Assembly: GCA_964532425.1 (NCBI GenBank)
Contig: CAZHIA010000007.1
Location: 64,008 to 128,007, forward strand
From: an uncultured Candidatus Saccharibacteria bacterium
Lineage (GTDB): Bacteria; Patescibacteriota; Doudnabacteria; UBA920
Direction of reading: 5' to 3'
DNA length: 64,000 nucleotides
Under the pieces are notes generated by a model. That model did no database searches and had not been told where the DNA came from. It saw only the letters and a program-made list of their open reading frames with translations. Shown in pieces: positions 46,956-55,604 of this stretch (position 1 is its first letter; each line of letters begins with the position of its first letter). Both the position numbers and the translations under genes were made by a program.

Positions 46956-47728
46956 GTTGAGTTAAATAAAAAATTGTAGTTTAAATAACGCTCTTACCAA
47001 TCATATAGCTGTGCCTCGAATGTTTTACAGGAGACAATCGGGTGCACGGTTTACGTCCGGCACTGGTTTCTGTGAGTTCAGTATAAACCAGGTCAATTAT
47101 TTCGATTACTAGTTGGTATTTATGTTAGCTTGCAGAAACTAGTGCTGGACACCATCATGCTCCTAATAGGGCTTAAACCCTTTTGGGGGCGCGATAAAGC
47201 CGTGTATTCTATACAAGAATAACTTTTCCAGAGATTCTCCTGTATAAAATATACGGTTTTTTGTTTAGGAGTAATCTCTAATATACGAATCTAGCACAAA
47301 TATACGAATACAGCACACCATCATTTATTTCTTAGAGCGGCCAATAGCTATTTGAATATTTGCGCTGTATTAGCCATATTCGAGATCACTATAATTGTTT
47401 CCAGTATTCCGGATCGGAGAAGGTCAACTTTATGGGTCCGATACGACCCACCGCCTCATCTCTGATCCAGAGTGGTGGAAATAATATCAATGTTGTGTCA
47501 TTCCGGCCCCGGAGCCGGAATCCATGCTCCCTTATCGTTCCTTACTATTCACTAAGCTTTGTTTACTAAAATCCGTAGTTATCCGTAGATTGGCATTCAT
47601 TGGTAGATTTGTAAATTTTCTCTACCATCGTGGGCCTAACAGGAAGGCAAACATTTTAGGATCGAGACGATCCGTCGGCCTCATCCTTTTGCTTAGACCC
47701 ACAATGGTGGATGAAAATCTTCCTCTGT

Positions 47729-47790
47729 GTCATTCCGAACTTGTTTCGGAATCCAGAGAAATGGATCCTGAAATGAATTCAGGATGACAC
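47729..47790. repeat. MITE-like element variant (GTCATTCCGAAC...TCAGGATGAC)
   Basis: It contains paired hairpins, TTCCGAAC-ttgt-TTCGGAATCC and GGATCCTGAAATGAATTCAGGATGAC. Confidence 0.4.
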
Positions 47791-47923
47791 TATAGGTTCT
47801 TGTCTGTATTGCAGAACCGATTTAAGTCGGTTCTGCAATTCAGGGAAGGACGTAGTCCTGGCAAGGCCAGGACGCAGTGATCCGGAACTGAAGTGAACAC
47901 TACAAGCCACAGGAGGCTAACAA

Positions 47924-48733
47924 ATGTCATTCGGACACGAATCTCACGAAGGTTTCGGGGATTTCTTTTCCTCTCAACGGAAACCCAACGGCCGCGACTA
48001 CACCGGGTCCAACCCGGTAGCAGACGCGCTCCGCGAAGTTCTCTCGGGCCTCGGTGGTCCCGAGCTGGGTGCCACCCTCAAGGTGGGCGCCATCGCAAAG
48101 AAGAACGAAGATGATGAGGTCAAGACGGCGCTCTTCGAAGCCCTGAAAACCCGCGCCTCGCTGAAAACGATCACCGAGATCGGTGATCAGACTGTCAAAG
48201 AGTACGAGAAGGCCGTCGCCGAGCGCGACAAGACAATCGCCGAACGCGACAAGGCCATGGCGGCTCTGCGCCAGCAGAGTCGCGAGTTGCAGATCAAGCT
48301 CTCCAACGCTGATGCGGCCAAGATGGTCGCCGAGTCGAACGAGCGGTTTGCCAAATCGCAGCTTCAGGCAGCTCGTGACACGAGGGATCAGTACTGGGGT
48401 GAAATTTCCAACCTCACGGCGGAGATCGGCGAGATCGGCGAGCGCGAGCAGCGCTTGCTGCAACTGGTGAGCGAAATCAATGCCGCGCTTTCCGCCGGAG
48501 CTACGCTGACCCCTGAGGATATCGCCGGCGCGAAGGGTCGTGCGACGAACCTGAACTACAAAGGCAAGAAGTTCCTGAAGGTCAACGTGAAGCCGGCCCC
48601 GGCGCCGGAAGCACCGGCCGAGAACCCGGTCCCGCCGGCGGCAGATGCTGCCGCGCCCGTGAAGGAGACACCGGCACCTGAGAATCCGCTCGCCGGACTC
48701 GGGCCGGAAGGGCTCACCAACGGCGATTTCTAG
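47924..48733 (+). CDS. hypothetical coiled-coil protein with Pro/Ala-rich tail
   Basis: It has an AGGAGG RBS. The GC-rich coding region is bounded on both sides by ORF-free structured regions and by inverted CCACAATGGTGGAT motifs. Confidence 0.5.
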   Translation: MSFGHESHEGFGDFFSSQRKPNGRDYTGSNPVADALREVLSGLGGPELGATLKVGAIAKKNEDDEVKTALFEALKTRASLKTITEIGDQTVKEYEKAVAERDKTIAERDKAMAALRQQSRELQIKLSNADAAKMVAESNERFAKSQLQAARDTRDQYWGEISNLTAEIGEIGEREQRLLQLVSEINAALSAGATLTPEDIAGAKGRATNLNYKGKKFLKVNVKPAPAPEAPAENPVPPAADAAAPVKETPAPENPLAGLGPEGLTNGDF

Positions 48734-48778
48734 TCCGAATGTAACAATGAGAGTGGCACTGCCTAGCAGTGCCACTCT

Positions 48779-49761
48779 CAACCATCTAATTCACTATTTC
48801 TCTAATTCACTAATTTACTAGCTAGTTTGTTTCTTCCATCATGGGCCAGAGCAGAGAAGGTTAACCAAATTTGGGTCGCTATGACCCTTCGGCCTCGTCA
48901 CTGCTGTGACCCATAATGGTAGAAGTAAAACACAATTTTAGAAGGGAAGATTGCCGCGCTCGGATGCACCTGCCTACCGGCAGGCAGGCTCGCTCGCAAT
49001 GACATGTAAGACTTTGTCATTGCGAGGAGAAAAGGACTTTAACTTTTCGACGACTTGTCCGCTGTAGCCTTGGCGAAGGTGGAAGCAATCTTTCGGTGTC
49101 ATTCCGGAGACCACGAAGCGAAGCGGAGAGTCATCCGGAATCCATTCTCTATAGTTGCCATACTATTCACTAGTCACTGACCACTATTTTGTATCCACCA
49201 TTGTGGATCTAAGCACGGAAGGTAAAATTTTTATGTCGCCTGTGGCGGCACCGACCTCATCCGAATGCTTTGATTCACAATAGCGGATGCAATCCGCTGG
49301 AGCCAGCCTGCTGGGCCAGGCTCGCATTCATAAAATGAAAATAAAGAATAGAGAATAGCCCCTCCGCGCACCAGGAGGGGGTGGATCACCGGGACTCGAA
49401 CGAGTGACAACGAATCCATAAAGGACGATTCGAGGATCAAGGACCATACATGAGCGTGCATGGGGCGTTTAAGTCCCATAACCGAGCGGTGAAAGCTGCT
49501 CAAATATTTAACCCTGCCGGGCGGCGACAATTATCCCCGGCATAAAGCCCTGAAAAGCAGGAGGAGGAAAAAGGACATGCGCTACAAGTTTCGTTTATGA
49601 ATCTCTACGGGTCTAGACCGGGACTGACCCAACCGGTTGCTGGCTCCGGCGGGAGATCACGGCGTATCCAAAACCACGCGCTGGGCAAGCCTCGCTTGCC
49701 CTTCTTTCTGAGCTAGCCTATCTGTAATGTTTAGATAGGCAGCTGAGAAGGAAGGAGGATT
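48779..49761. other. ORF-free structured region (~1 kb) rich in family repeats
   Basis: No credible ORF was found. It contains REP and MITE family copies and the hairpins CCCCTCC...GGAGGGGG and GGGTCGCTATGACCC. It carries the inverted partner of CCACAATGGTGGAT, whose other copy is at 47700. Confidence 0.4.
48993..49150. repeat. composite of MITE-family termini (head-to-head CTCGCAATGAC/GTCATTGCGAG, then GTCATTCCGGAG...CATCCGGAATCC)
   Basis: The family motifs are juxtaposed, and it shares the CGCTGTAGCCTTGGCGAAGGTGGAAGCAATC block with the element at 50280-50310. Confidence 0.4.
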
Positions 49762-50007
49762 GTGAAGAAAGAGAAAAAAAGTGACGCTCCGAGAGAGAGG
49801 AGCGTTTGGGCGGCCCGTTACGGCCACCAAATCGAAAGGTTTGCGGGATCGGCTTTCCCTCGCCGGCGACGGCAGGATGAGCCATCAGAGTTCGAGAGTG
49901 AAGTGACTGCGGTCGAAGACCGGCATCTCTACGGAGCTCGCTCGAACCGACGCCCCTCGCTTGAGGAGCTCGAGAACCCCTTCGCGAATCTTAACCAGCC
50001 CCACTAG
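49762..50007 (+). CDS. hypothetical small charged protein
   Basis: It has a GTG start preceded by GAAGGAAGGAGG and is 81 aa. Confidence 0.4.
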   Translation: MKKEKKSDAPRERSVWAARYGHQIERFAGSAFPRRRRQDEPSEFESEVTAVEDRHLYGARSNRRPSLEELENPFANLNQPH

Positions 50008-50150
50008 GGCGCGCAGCGGGGGAGCCTTCCAAAAGCTCCCCCACATCACTTTGGGTTTCAAGGGTAAACATTTTATGGGTCGCTTTGACCCACCGGCACC
50101 ATTTGAAACTCAGTGTGATGCGGATGCATATTTAAAGATTTGTTTTATTT

Positions 50151-50238
50151 GTCATTGCGAGGGAGTGCATCCGACCGAAGCAATCTTTTATGGTAAAGAT
50201 TGCCACGCTCCTCGGCTGCACTCGGAGCTCGCAATGAC
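50151..50238. repeat. MITE-like element, same family
   Basis: It reads GTCATTGCGAGGGAGTGCATCCGACCGAAGCAATC...GCTGCACTCGGAGCTCGCAATGAC over 88 bp. Confidence 0.55.
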
Positions 50239-50449
50239 ATAGGGATGCAGTACTCTCCTGCAATATTAGGAGGAGTGGCTGCGACCTGTCCACCGTAGCC
50301 TCGGCGAAGGCGGGAGCAGACGAGGTGGTAAATGTCCTTAACTCTGTGGCAAGAAGTTTGGCGGTAACTCGGTAATCCGGTTTATTGCCAAGCTCCTTCC
50401 CGCAAGGGAAAAAATCAAAGCTGTTCATTTACAAGGAGAATACACAAAA

Positions 50450-51151
50450 ATGGCCGCTCAGGCGACTGCTACTGCTCAAGCTCATTCCACTGCTCCGCGC
50501 AGTGGGAAACCGTTCAACCGCAAACCGGTGCCGGTCGCGGTCAGTCACGTGACTCTCACCTTGACCTTTCGCCAGAAAACCAAGAATGGTATCACGAAGG
50601 TTTTGGCCACGGCGAACGAGGGGAGTCGGGTAGTTACCTACTACCCGGACCGCAAAGAATCCAGGCCGCCGCTCAACGTGGCGATGGATTGCGAAGTCAT
50701 CGATCAAACGACCGCGAACGACGCGTTCGCGATCCGTATCGTGAAAGTCCTCGGCCCGTCCGAATCAGCGCGGCTCGCCGCGATCACCACATCCGCGGCT
50801 GCTGCAGCAAAGGCTACGATGGCAGCCATCAACCCTCAGCCCAAGGCTGAGGAGGTGGTGGACCAGCTCATCGCCGCGGCTATGCCCGCGGCTGCTGCGG
50901 AGCCCGTTCCGGTCGCCGAGAAAATCGTCGCGCCGGAAGTCCACGAGACGCCGGGTCAGCCCAAGGCTGCGGACCAGACGCCTGCTCCCGCGCCTGAGAA
51001 GACAACCGAGCCGTCCAAGCCCAAGAAGAAGTTCACAAGCAAAGACGGTAAGGTATTCAACGACAAGGGTCGTAGTCCGCGCGGCAAGCGCGGCGGGGCG
51101 AGTGCGGTGGACCCCATTCGGGCCGAAATGGAGGCCATGGGGTTGATGTAG
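50450..51151 (+). CDS. hypothetical Ala/Pro-rich protein
   Basis: It is a 233-aa ORF in a GC-rich region with a basic C-terminus. Confidence 0.45.
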   Translation: MAAQATATAQAHSTAPRSGKPFNRKPVPVAVSHVTLTLTFRQKTKNGITKVLATANEGSRVVTYYPDRKESRPPLNVAMDCEVIDQTTANDAFAIRIVKVLGPSESARLAAITTSAAAAAKATMAAINPQPKAEEVVDQLIAAAMPAAAAEPVPVAEKIVAPEVHETPGQPKAADQTPAPAPEKTTEPSKPKKKFTSKDGKVFNDKGRSPRGKRGGASAVDPIRAEMEAMGLM

Positions 51152-51498
51152 TGCAGGCCATTGGCCTGCTCTTGTGCGGACAATATAACAGGAGGAACGT
51201 TATGCGTTAAAAAGCCAGCGTAGTTCAAGAAACTACATTTGAATAAAACGGCGGCGAAAAGGTTTTACAGGTAGACCTTGCGGAAAGCCGGAAATTTCCG
51301 CTCAATATGATCTGTCCGTGGCGGGTAGCGCTGGGAGAGCATGCTCTCCCTTCTCTTCAGAGTTCATTTTCATCTTTTGGCGTCATTCTGAGCCGAGGCA
51401 TCCGAGGCGAAGAATCTCTCATCGAAAGTGAATTGTGAAGAGAAGGAATTCTCGTCAGACTTAGGGTCTGATTATATCGAATCAAGGAGGCATTTGCC

Positions 51499-52470
51499 AT
51501 GTCAGGTTTTACAGTTGAACGTTTCGTGCGTATTGCCCTAAACGGGGAGCGCATTATCGGCCTTTGTGGGCCAAGCGGTGAGCATGTCGAGTTAATACCG
51601 GTCACGGTGAACGGGAAAAAACAGCTGAAGGCTGTCTGGTCCCGTTGCCACCGGCTGGAGTATACGGAACCGGAAGCAACGCCGGTAACACTCGACAAGG
51701 TTCCCGAAGCGCTGCTTCCCCGACTGGGGTTCGTCCGGGTTGGGGAGAAAGACATCGTCGTCCAAATCGATTGGGAGTATGTAGAAGGCGTGGGACAAAC
51801 CTCTGTTTACCGGACGCACAAAGCCGGCGACTGGGTTCCGGCGCATGTCGCGAACTATGGGACTGTACGTCCCGACGGGAGCTCTTTTGTGAAGGAGACC
51901 CGTTTCCGGAACAGCCGGCCGTACGAGGTCAAACTTCGGGTCGACAACAAAGGCGGCGAGCCCGTCGTTGTCGATTATGAAGCCGAAAGGCGGAAGCAGG
52001 TGTTCGAAGTAAAGCGGGACACACTGCAGCAAGCCGGCTACATGCCTTGGCGGATCAATAAGCTGGTTGCAGCTCTTGGTCCCACCTACGCAGTGTACGC
52101 CCATGATTGGCTGTGCGACGCGGTGTGTGATTTGCTGCGTGATGGGTTCGAAGACCCGCAACGGCAGCTGCAGTCTGCATTGCGTCGGGCGCTGGCCTCG
52201 AAGGAGCAGAACCTTTTTGCTTCGGCAGTCGAACGGGTGTTGTACGATGACTTCAATTACATATATTTTGGTCATCGGAATCTCACCGATCTCGCCAAAG
52301 GCGCACTCTTGATTCTCGATACCGGCGGTTTGCCGGCTAAGACGGTCAAAGAGTATTGGCCATCTTTGGACCCGGAAGACTACAAGCTTTCGCAGGAGGC
52401 GCGTCGGCTCCAGCTCCGCAAAGAGCAGGATCATAAGGTTCTGCTGGATACGGTCCTCGGCACGGTATAA
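51499..52470 (+). CDS. hypothetical protein
   Basis: It is a 323-aa ORF with an AAGGAGG RBS 9 nt upstream. The overlapping minus-strand ORF was judged to be a shadow. Confidence 0.5.
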   Translation: MSGFTVERFVRIALNGERIIGLCGPSGEHVELIPVTVNGKKQLKAVWSRCHRLEYTEPEATPVTLDKVPEALLPRLGFVRVGEKDIVVQIDWEYVEGVGQTSVYRTHKAGDWVPAHVANYGTVRPDGSSFVKETRFRNSRPYEVKLRVDNKGGEPVVVDYEAERRKQVFEVKRDTLQQAGYMPWRINKLVAALGPTYAVYAHDWLCDAVCDLLRDGFEDPQRQLQSALRRALASKEQNLFASAVERVLYDDFNYIYFGHRNLTDLAKGALLILDTGGLPAKTVKEYWPSLDPEDYKLSQEARRLQLRKEQDHKVLLDTVLGTV

Positions 52471-52934
52471 AAACATGTGTGCGGTCACCTTCGGTGACCG
52501 CCTCTCTTCCGAACTCGTTTATGCGGGTTGGGAAGAGGGGATGATATTGATCGAAATTCTGTGCAGTGCAGGCCCGCTTCGCTATCGCTTGAGCGAGGCG
52601 AGCCCTTGGCCTGCTCCCCGTGTCATTGCGATTTTAGAGGTAAATTCCCATGATGAAGCGATCTAAACCTCGTGTTAGGTAAGATTGCTTCGTCGTTCGG
52701 CTGCACTCACTTCTCGCAATGACAAACAGCGGGTAATGTAGTGCAGGTCCTCTGACTACGCACAAGGCTACGTCGTACTAGTCGGCCTGCCAGTGTAGGG
52801 GCGGATAGTATCCGCCCGAAAGAAGGGAAGATAATATCTTCCCCTTACATAACGCAATAGATTTATTGCCAGAATTGAAAACTTAAAGAATTGAGTTTAT
52901 AATTCTGTCAGTATATAAACCTGTAGGGGGATTC

Positions 52935-53111
52935 ATGGGAAGTTTTTTTTCGCAGTACTTAGAAGAGCGGCGCTTGTATAAGCGCCAACGGCAGATTGAT
53001 CAAAACTTGGGCGTGTCACGCTCCTGGATCGGACTGTCCGGCTGGATAGTCCGAGGCGGGTATGTCGCATTTCTCGCCTTGATGTTTCTCTGGATCTATA
53101 CGAGGAGGTAG
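52935..53111 (+). CDS. putative small membrane protein (58 aa)
   Basis: It has an AGGGGGATT RBS and a C-terminal TM helix. It is the first of three tightly packed mini-ORFs. Confidence 0.3.
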   Translation: MGSFFSQYLEERRLYKRQRQIDQNLGVSRSWIGLSGWIVRGGYVAFLALMFLWIYTRR

Positions 53112-53115
53112 TTGA

Positions 53116-53262
53116 ATGCTTATTGTAGCCGGAATTAGTCTGGCTTTGCTCATCTCAATAATCTCCGTGAGAGCGGCCTTCTTCCCTTCGTCTGAGCCGG
53201 GTCAAACGGATGACTCTAATGATCAGCCCGAATTTCCCGCTGTGTGGAAGAGTGAGTCATGA
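53116..53262 (+). CDS. putative small membrane protein (48 aa)
   Basis: It has a GAGGAGGT RBS and an N-terminal TM helix. Confidence 0.3.
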   Translation: MLIVAGISLALLISIISVRAAFFPSSEPGQTDDSNDQPEFPAVWKSES

Positions 53263-53405
53263 CCTGGGTGGACGCTCTCGTGCAGACCCTTGCCGGGTTT
53301 GCATTCTTCTTCGGTTCCATCTTCCTCCCGCCGCTGCTTGCGGTTAGCTACATCAAGTGGCGGGAGCACCGCGAACGAAAACACGAATCCGAAAAGGGGA
53401 CATGA
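53259..53405 (+). CDS. putative small membrane protein (48 aa)
   Basis: It has an ATGA start/stop overlap with the previous mini-ORF, which suggests translational coupling. A TM helix is present. Confidence 0.3.
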   Translation: MTWVDALVQTLAGFAFFFGSIFLPPLLAVSYIKWREHRERKHESEKGT

Positions 53406-53638
53406 ACCTTACGTCTCCTTTTCCCCTCTAACCTGTCGGCGATGTGCTGATACGTACGTAATGGGGCAACCCTAGCCGTATTTACCAGCATCCTGTCTCG
53501 CCGGCGGGTTTGAGGGAATGACTATTGAACAAAATTAAATAAAATTAATTAAAATTAAGTAAAATTGGAACGCAAGGGCTGCTCAGAGCAAGTTCAATAT
53601 TGTAATATACAAGTCTTCCGATATGGGAAGTCTTTTTT

Positions 53639-53762
53639 ATTTGCGACGTAGAGCGAGGAGGTGGAAGCTTGCTTTCAATTTCCGAGCCGAGGAGCAAATA
53701 TTTATAATATTTGCGACGTAGAGCGAGGAAATGGAATCAAAATTCCAATTTCCGAGCCGAGC
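53639..53762 (+). repeat. tandem duplication of a ~54-bp unit (period 70)
   Basis: ATTTGCGACGTAGAGCGAGGA...CAATTTCCGAGCCGAG occurs twice, at 53639-53692 and 53709-53762. There are only two copies and the spacers differ, so it is not CRISPR-like. Confidence 0.5.
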
Positions 53763-53985
53763 CTGCCTGCCCCGGCACCATCATATGGTGCTCGGGCCTG
53801 CCGGTAGGCAGGGAGCAAATATAGGTTCAATTTCTTGGCAGCTTGCAGTATGGAACCTCTATTTTGTCCACTTTGACAACCCTAACTTTAGGGAATACAA
53901 TAGGCCTATAGTTTCCAGCTTGTCGCTGGCTGCTGTGTCCTCGGCAGTCAACATCCAGGCTTGGAAAGCCACCAGGAGGAAGTGA

Positions 53986-54492
53986 ATGAAGCATTATTTT
54001 GATCCGGATGAACGTCCGGATTGCAATGACCCACAGTATGATGAGCCAGATGTTTTGGCGACTGAATCGAACCGTAACGGTGCCGGCAAAAAAACCGCCA
54101 CGATCAAACCGAAGAAACACGTGATGATCGTGAACGGAGAGCGGGTGCCGAAACGGGTGGTGAGATTCCTCGCTCAAACAGCTCCGGCGGAACTGGACCA
54201 GTTGAGTCCTTTTGACCTCCAGGCACTGCTTGCGTGCCGCAACTGCGATCCTCCCCAGGATCCGGGTACCGATCTGTTCGACAATGCACCGCTGGTACCG
54301 CTTGATGAGATTGAAGAGGGTTCTGGGACCCGGTCTCACATACAGCGCGCATTGCCGGATCTGGCAGACATCGAAGGCATGACAAACTTCGAGGAAGACC
54401 CGGTGGGTCAGTTTGAAGAGGCCATCCCTCATACAGCGGGGGAGCGTGAACTTGGATTGTGGCCCAATTCGATCCACTTCACAACGGCTTAG
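53986..54492 (+). CDS. hypothetical acidic protein
   Basis: It is a 168-aa ORF with an AGGAGGAAG RBS and has no C-terminal CxxC pairs. Confidence 0.45.
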   Translation: MKHYFDPDERPDCNDPQYDEPDVLATESNRNGAGKKTATIKPKKHVMIVNGERVPKRVVRFLAQTAPAELDQLSPFDLQALLACRNCDPPQDPGTDLFDNAPLVPLDEIEEGSGTRSHIQRALPDLADIEGMTNFEEDPVGQFEEAIPHTAGERELGLWPNSIHFTTA

Positions 54493-54636
54493 CTGATGTT
54501 GTGGCGGTAACCGGATTTCGTCCGGTTGCCGCCGTATTTTAATTTGACGCCAGGCGGCAATTACGATATAATGCGTACAGTTTGCAATCTGACTTATCAT
54601 TTTGCATTTTTAACTTTTAACTTTTCTCTGATCACT

Positions 54637-54807
54637 ATGGGAGTTCCCAAGAAGCATAAGACCAGAAGCGGTCGCGACCAGCGGCGCAGCCATCATGCCT
54701 TGAAAGCCACCAGTTTTGCCACTTGCAAGAACTGCGGCAGTGCAACCATGCCCCACCTTCCCTGTAAGAACTGCGGGCACTACAAAGGCAGAAAAGTCAC
54801 GAAATAA
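54637..54807 (+). CDS. rpmF: 50S ribosomal protein bL32
   Basis: It is 56 aa and shows KKHKTRSGRDQRRSHHAL...C.NCG......CKNCGHYKGRKV. Confidence 0.8.
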   Translation: MGVPKKHKTRSGRDQRRSHHALKATSFATCKNCGSATMPHLPCKNCGHYKGRKVTK

Positions 54808-54891
54808 GATAAACATTTGACAATTAACCTTTGACATTTGACCACTGTGATCGAGTTACATGTCACATGTCAAAGGTCAAAGGTTTTCTTT
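54808..54891 (+). promoter_or_regulatory. conserved leader element, copy C (upstream of nusB)
   Basis: It has ACATTTGACA, CCTTTGACATTTGACC, ATGTCACATGTCA and GTCAAAGGTCAAAGGTTTTCT before the ATG. Its architecture matches copies A and B. Confidence 0.5.
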
Positions 54892-55380
54892 ATGGCCAAT
54901 CGCCACATGTGCCGCACTATCGCCATGCAGTCCCTGTTCGAGTGGGACTTCAAAGGCAAAAAGGACGATCTCAAAGAGATCATCGATAACAATTTGGAAC
55001 AATTCGGTTCCGGTCTCGATGACGCGGCCTTTGCGTATGAGCTGGCCCAGGGCGTGGCGGGAAAGATTACTGACATCGACGCACTCATTACCAAGTACGC
55101 ACCCGAGTGGCCTATTGACCAAATCACTCTCGTTGATCGCAACGTACTGCGCATTGGCATTTTTGAACTGATGTTCCTGAAAGACGTACCTCCTAAAGTA
55201 GCCATCAACGAAGCTGTGGAGATAGCTAAAGCCTTCGGGGGAGAGAATAGCGGCAAGTTCTTAAACGGCGTTCTTGGCAGTCTCTATAAAACCTTGGATC
55301 CGGAAGAGAGTAAACCCAAGGAACCTCCGACCCCGGACATTTCAACCACTGATGTCGCCAACGACCAGTCAATATCGTAA
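54892..55380 (+). CDS. nusB: transcription antitermination factor NusB
   Basis: It shows R.ARE.A.Q.L...[32 protein letters not shown] and KFLNGVLG. The start follows the conserved leader element. Confidence 0.8.
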   Translation: MANRHMCRTIAMQSLFEWDFKGKKDDLKEIIDNNLEQFGSGLDDAAFAYELAQGVAGKITDIDALITKYAPEWPIDQITLVDRNVLRIGIFELMFLKDVPPKVAINEAVEIAKAFGGENSGKFLNGVLGSLYKTLDPEESKPKEPPTPDISTTDVANDQSIS

Positions 55381-55604
55381 GTTCATTACCGATAGGTTTT
55401 CCTATCGGTATTTATTTTAAAAATATGCATTGAAAATAAAAATAGCTATTCCTCACAATTCAACGATCGTTGAATTGTAGGGAATAGGGGGAGGGTTAGG
55501 AGTGAAATATGTGTGAGCACTGTCTCAAAAATCCCTAGGTTTGATATTTTTAAATTAATATTGTATATTTAAGCCAAGTTTTACCAATAGAAACTAAAAT
55601 ATCC

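Larger units (their letters stand above)
46861..47923. other. ORF-free, hairpin-dense region (~1.06 kb); candidate ncRNA locus
   Basis: No ORF over 70 aa has an RBS. A consensus promoter lies at 46927-46955. Long-range complementarity runs TTTTACAGGAGA (47027) to TCTCCTGTATAAAA (47250), and there are many perfect stem-loops. The region is AT-rich relative to its flanks. Confidence 0.4.

Noticed and set aside
46900-47300. RNase P RNA, tmRNA, 6S or SRP RNA in the ORF-free region
   Set aside because: None of the conserved cores is present: GGAAAGUCCGG and ACAGAAUCCGGCUUA for RNase P, the GGGG-5' end and UUCGA-N-CCACCA 3' end for tmRNA, or the SRP domain IV motif. The region is left as an unclassified candidate.
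49340-49480. tRNA-like or tmRNA-like segment (GGACTCGAAC)
   Set aside because: ACTCG and CGAGT pair with only a 2-nt loop, so this is not a T-arm. There is no acceptor/CCA context and no tmRNA terminal motifs.
53639-53762. Possible CRISPR array
   Set aside because: There are only two copies of a roughly 54-bp unit, with unequal 16-nt gaps and no cas genes. No regularly spaced 28-37-bp repeats occur anywhere in the window.
53986-54492. YceD/DUF177 upstream of rpmF
   Set aside because: The position fits, but the protein lacks the C-terminal paired CxxC motifs of YceD.
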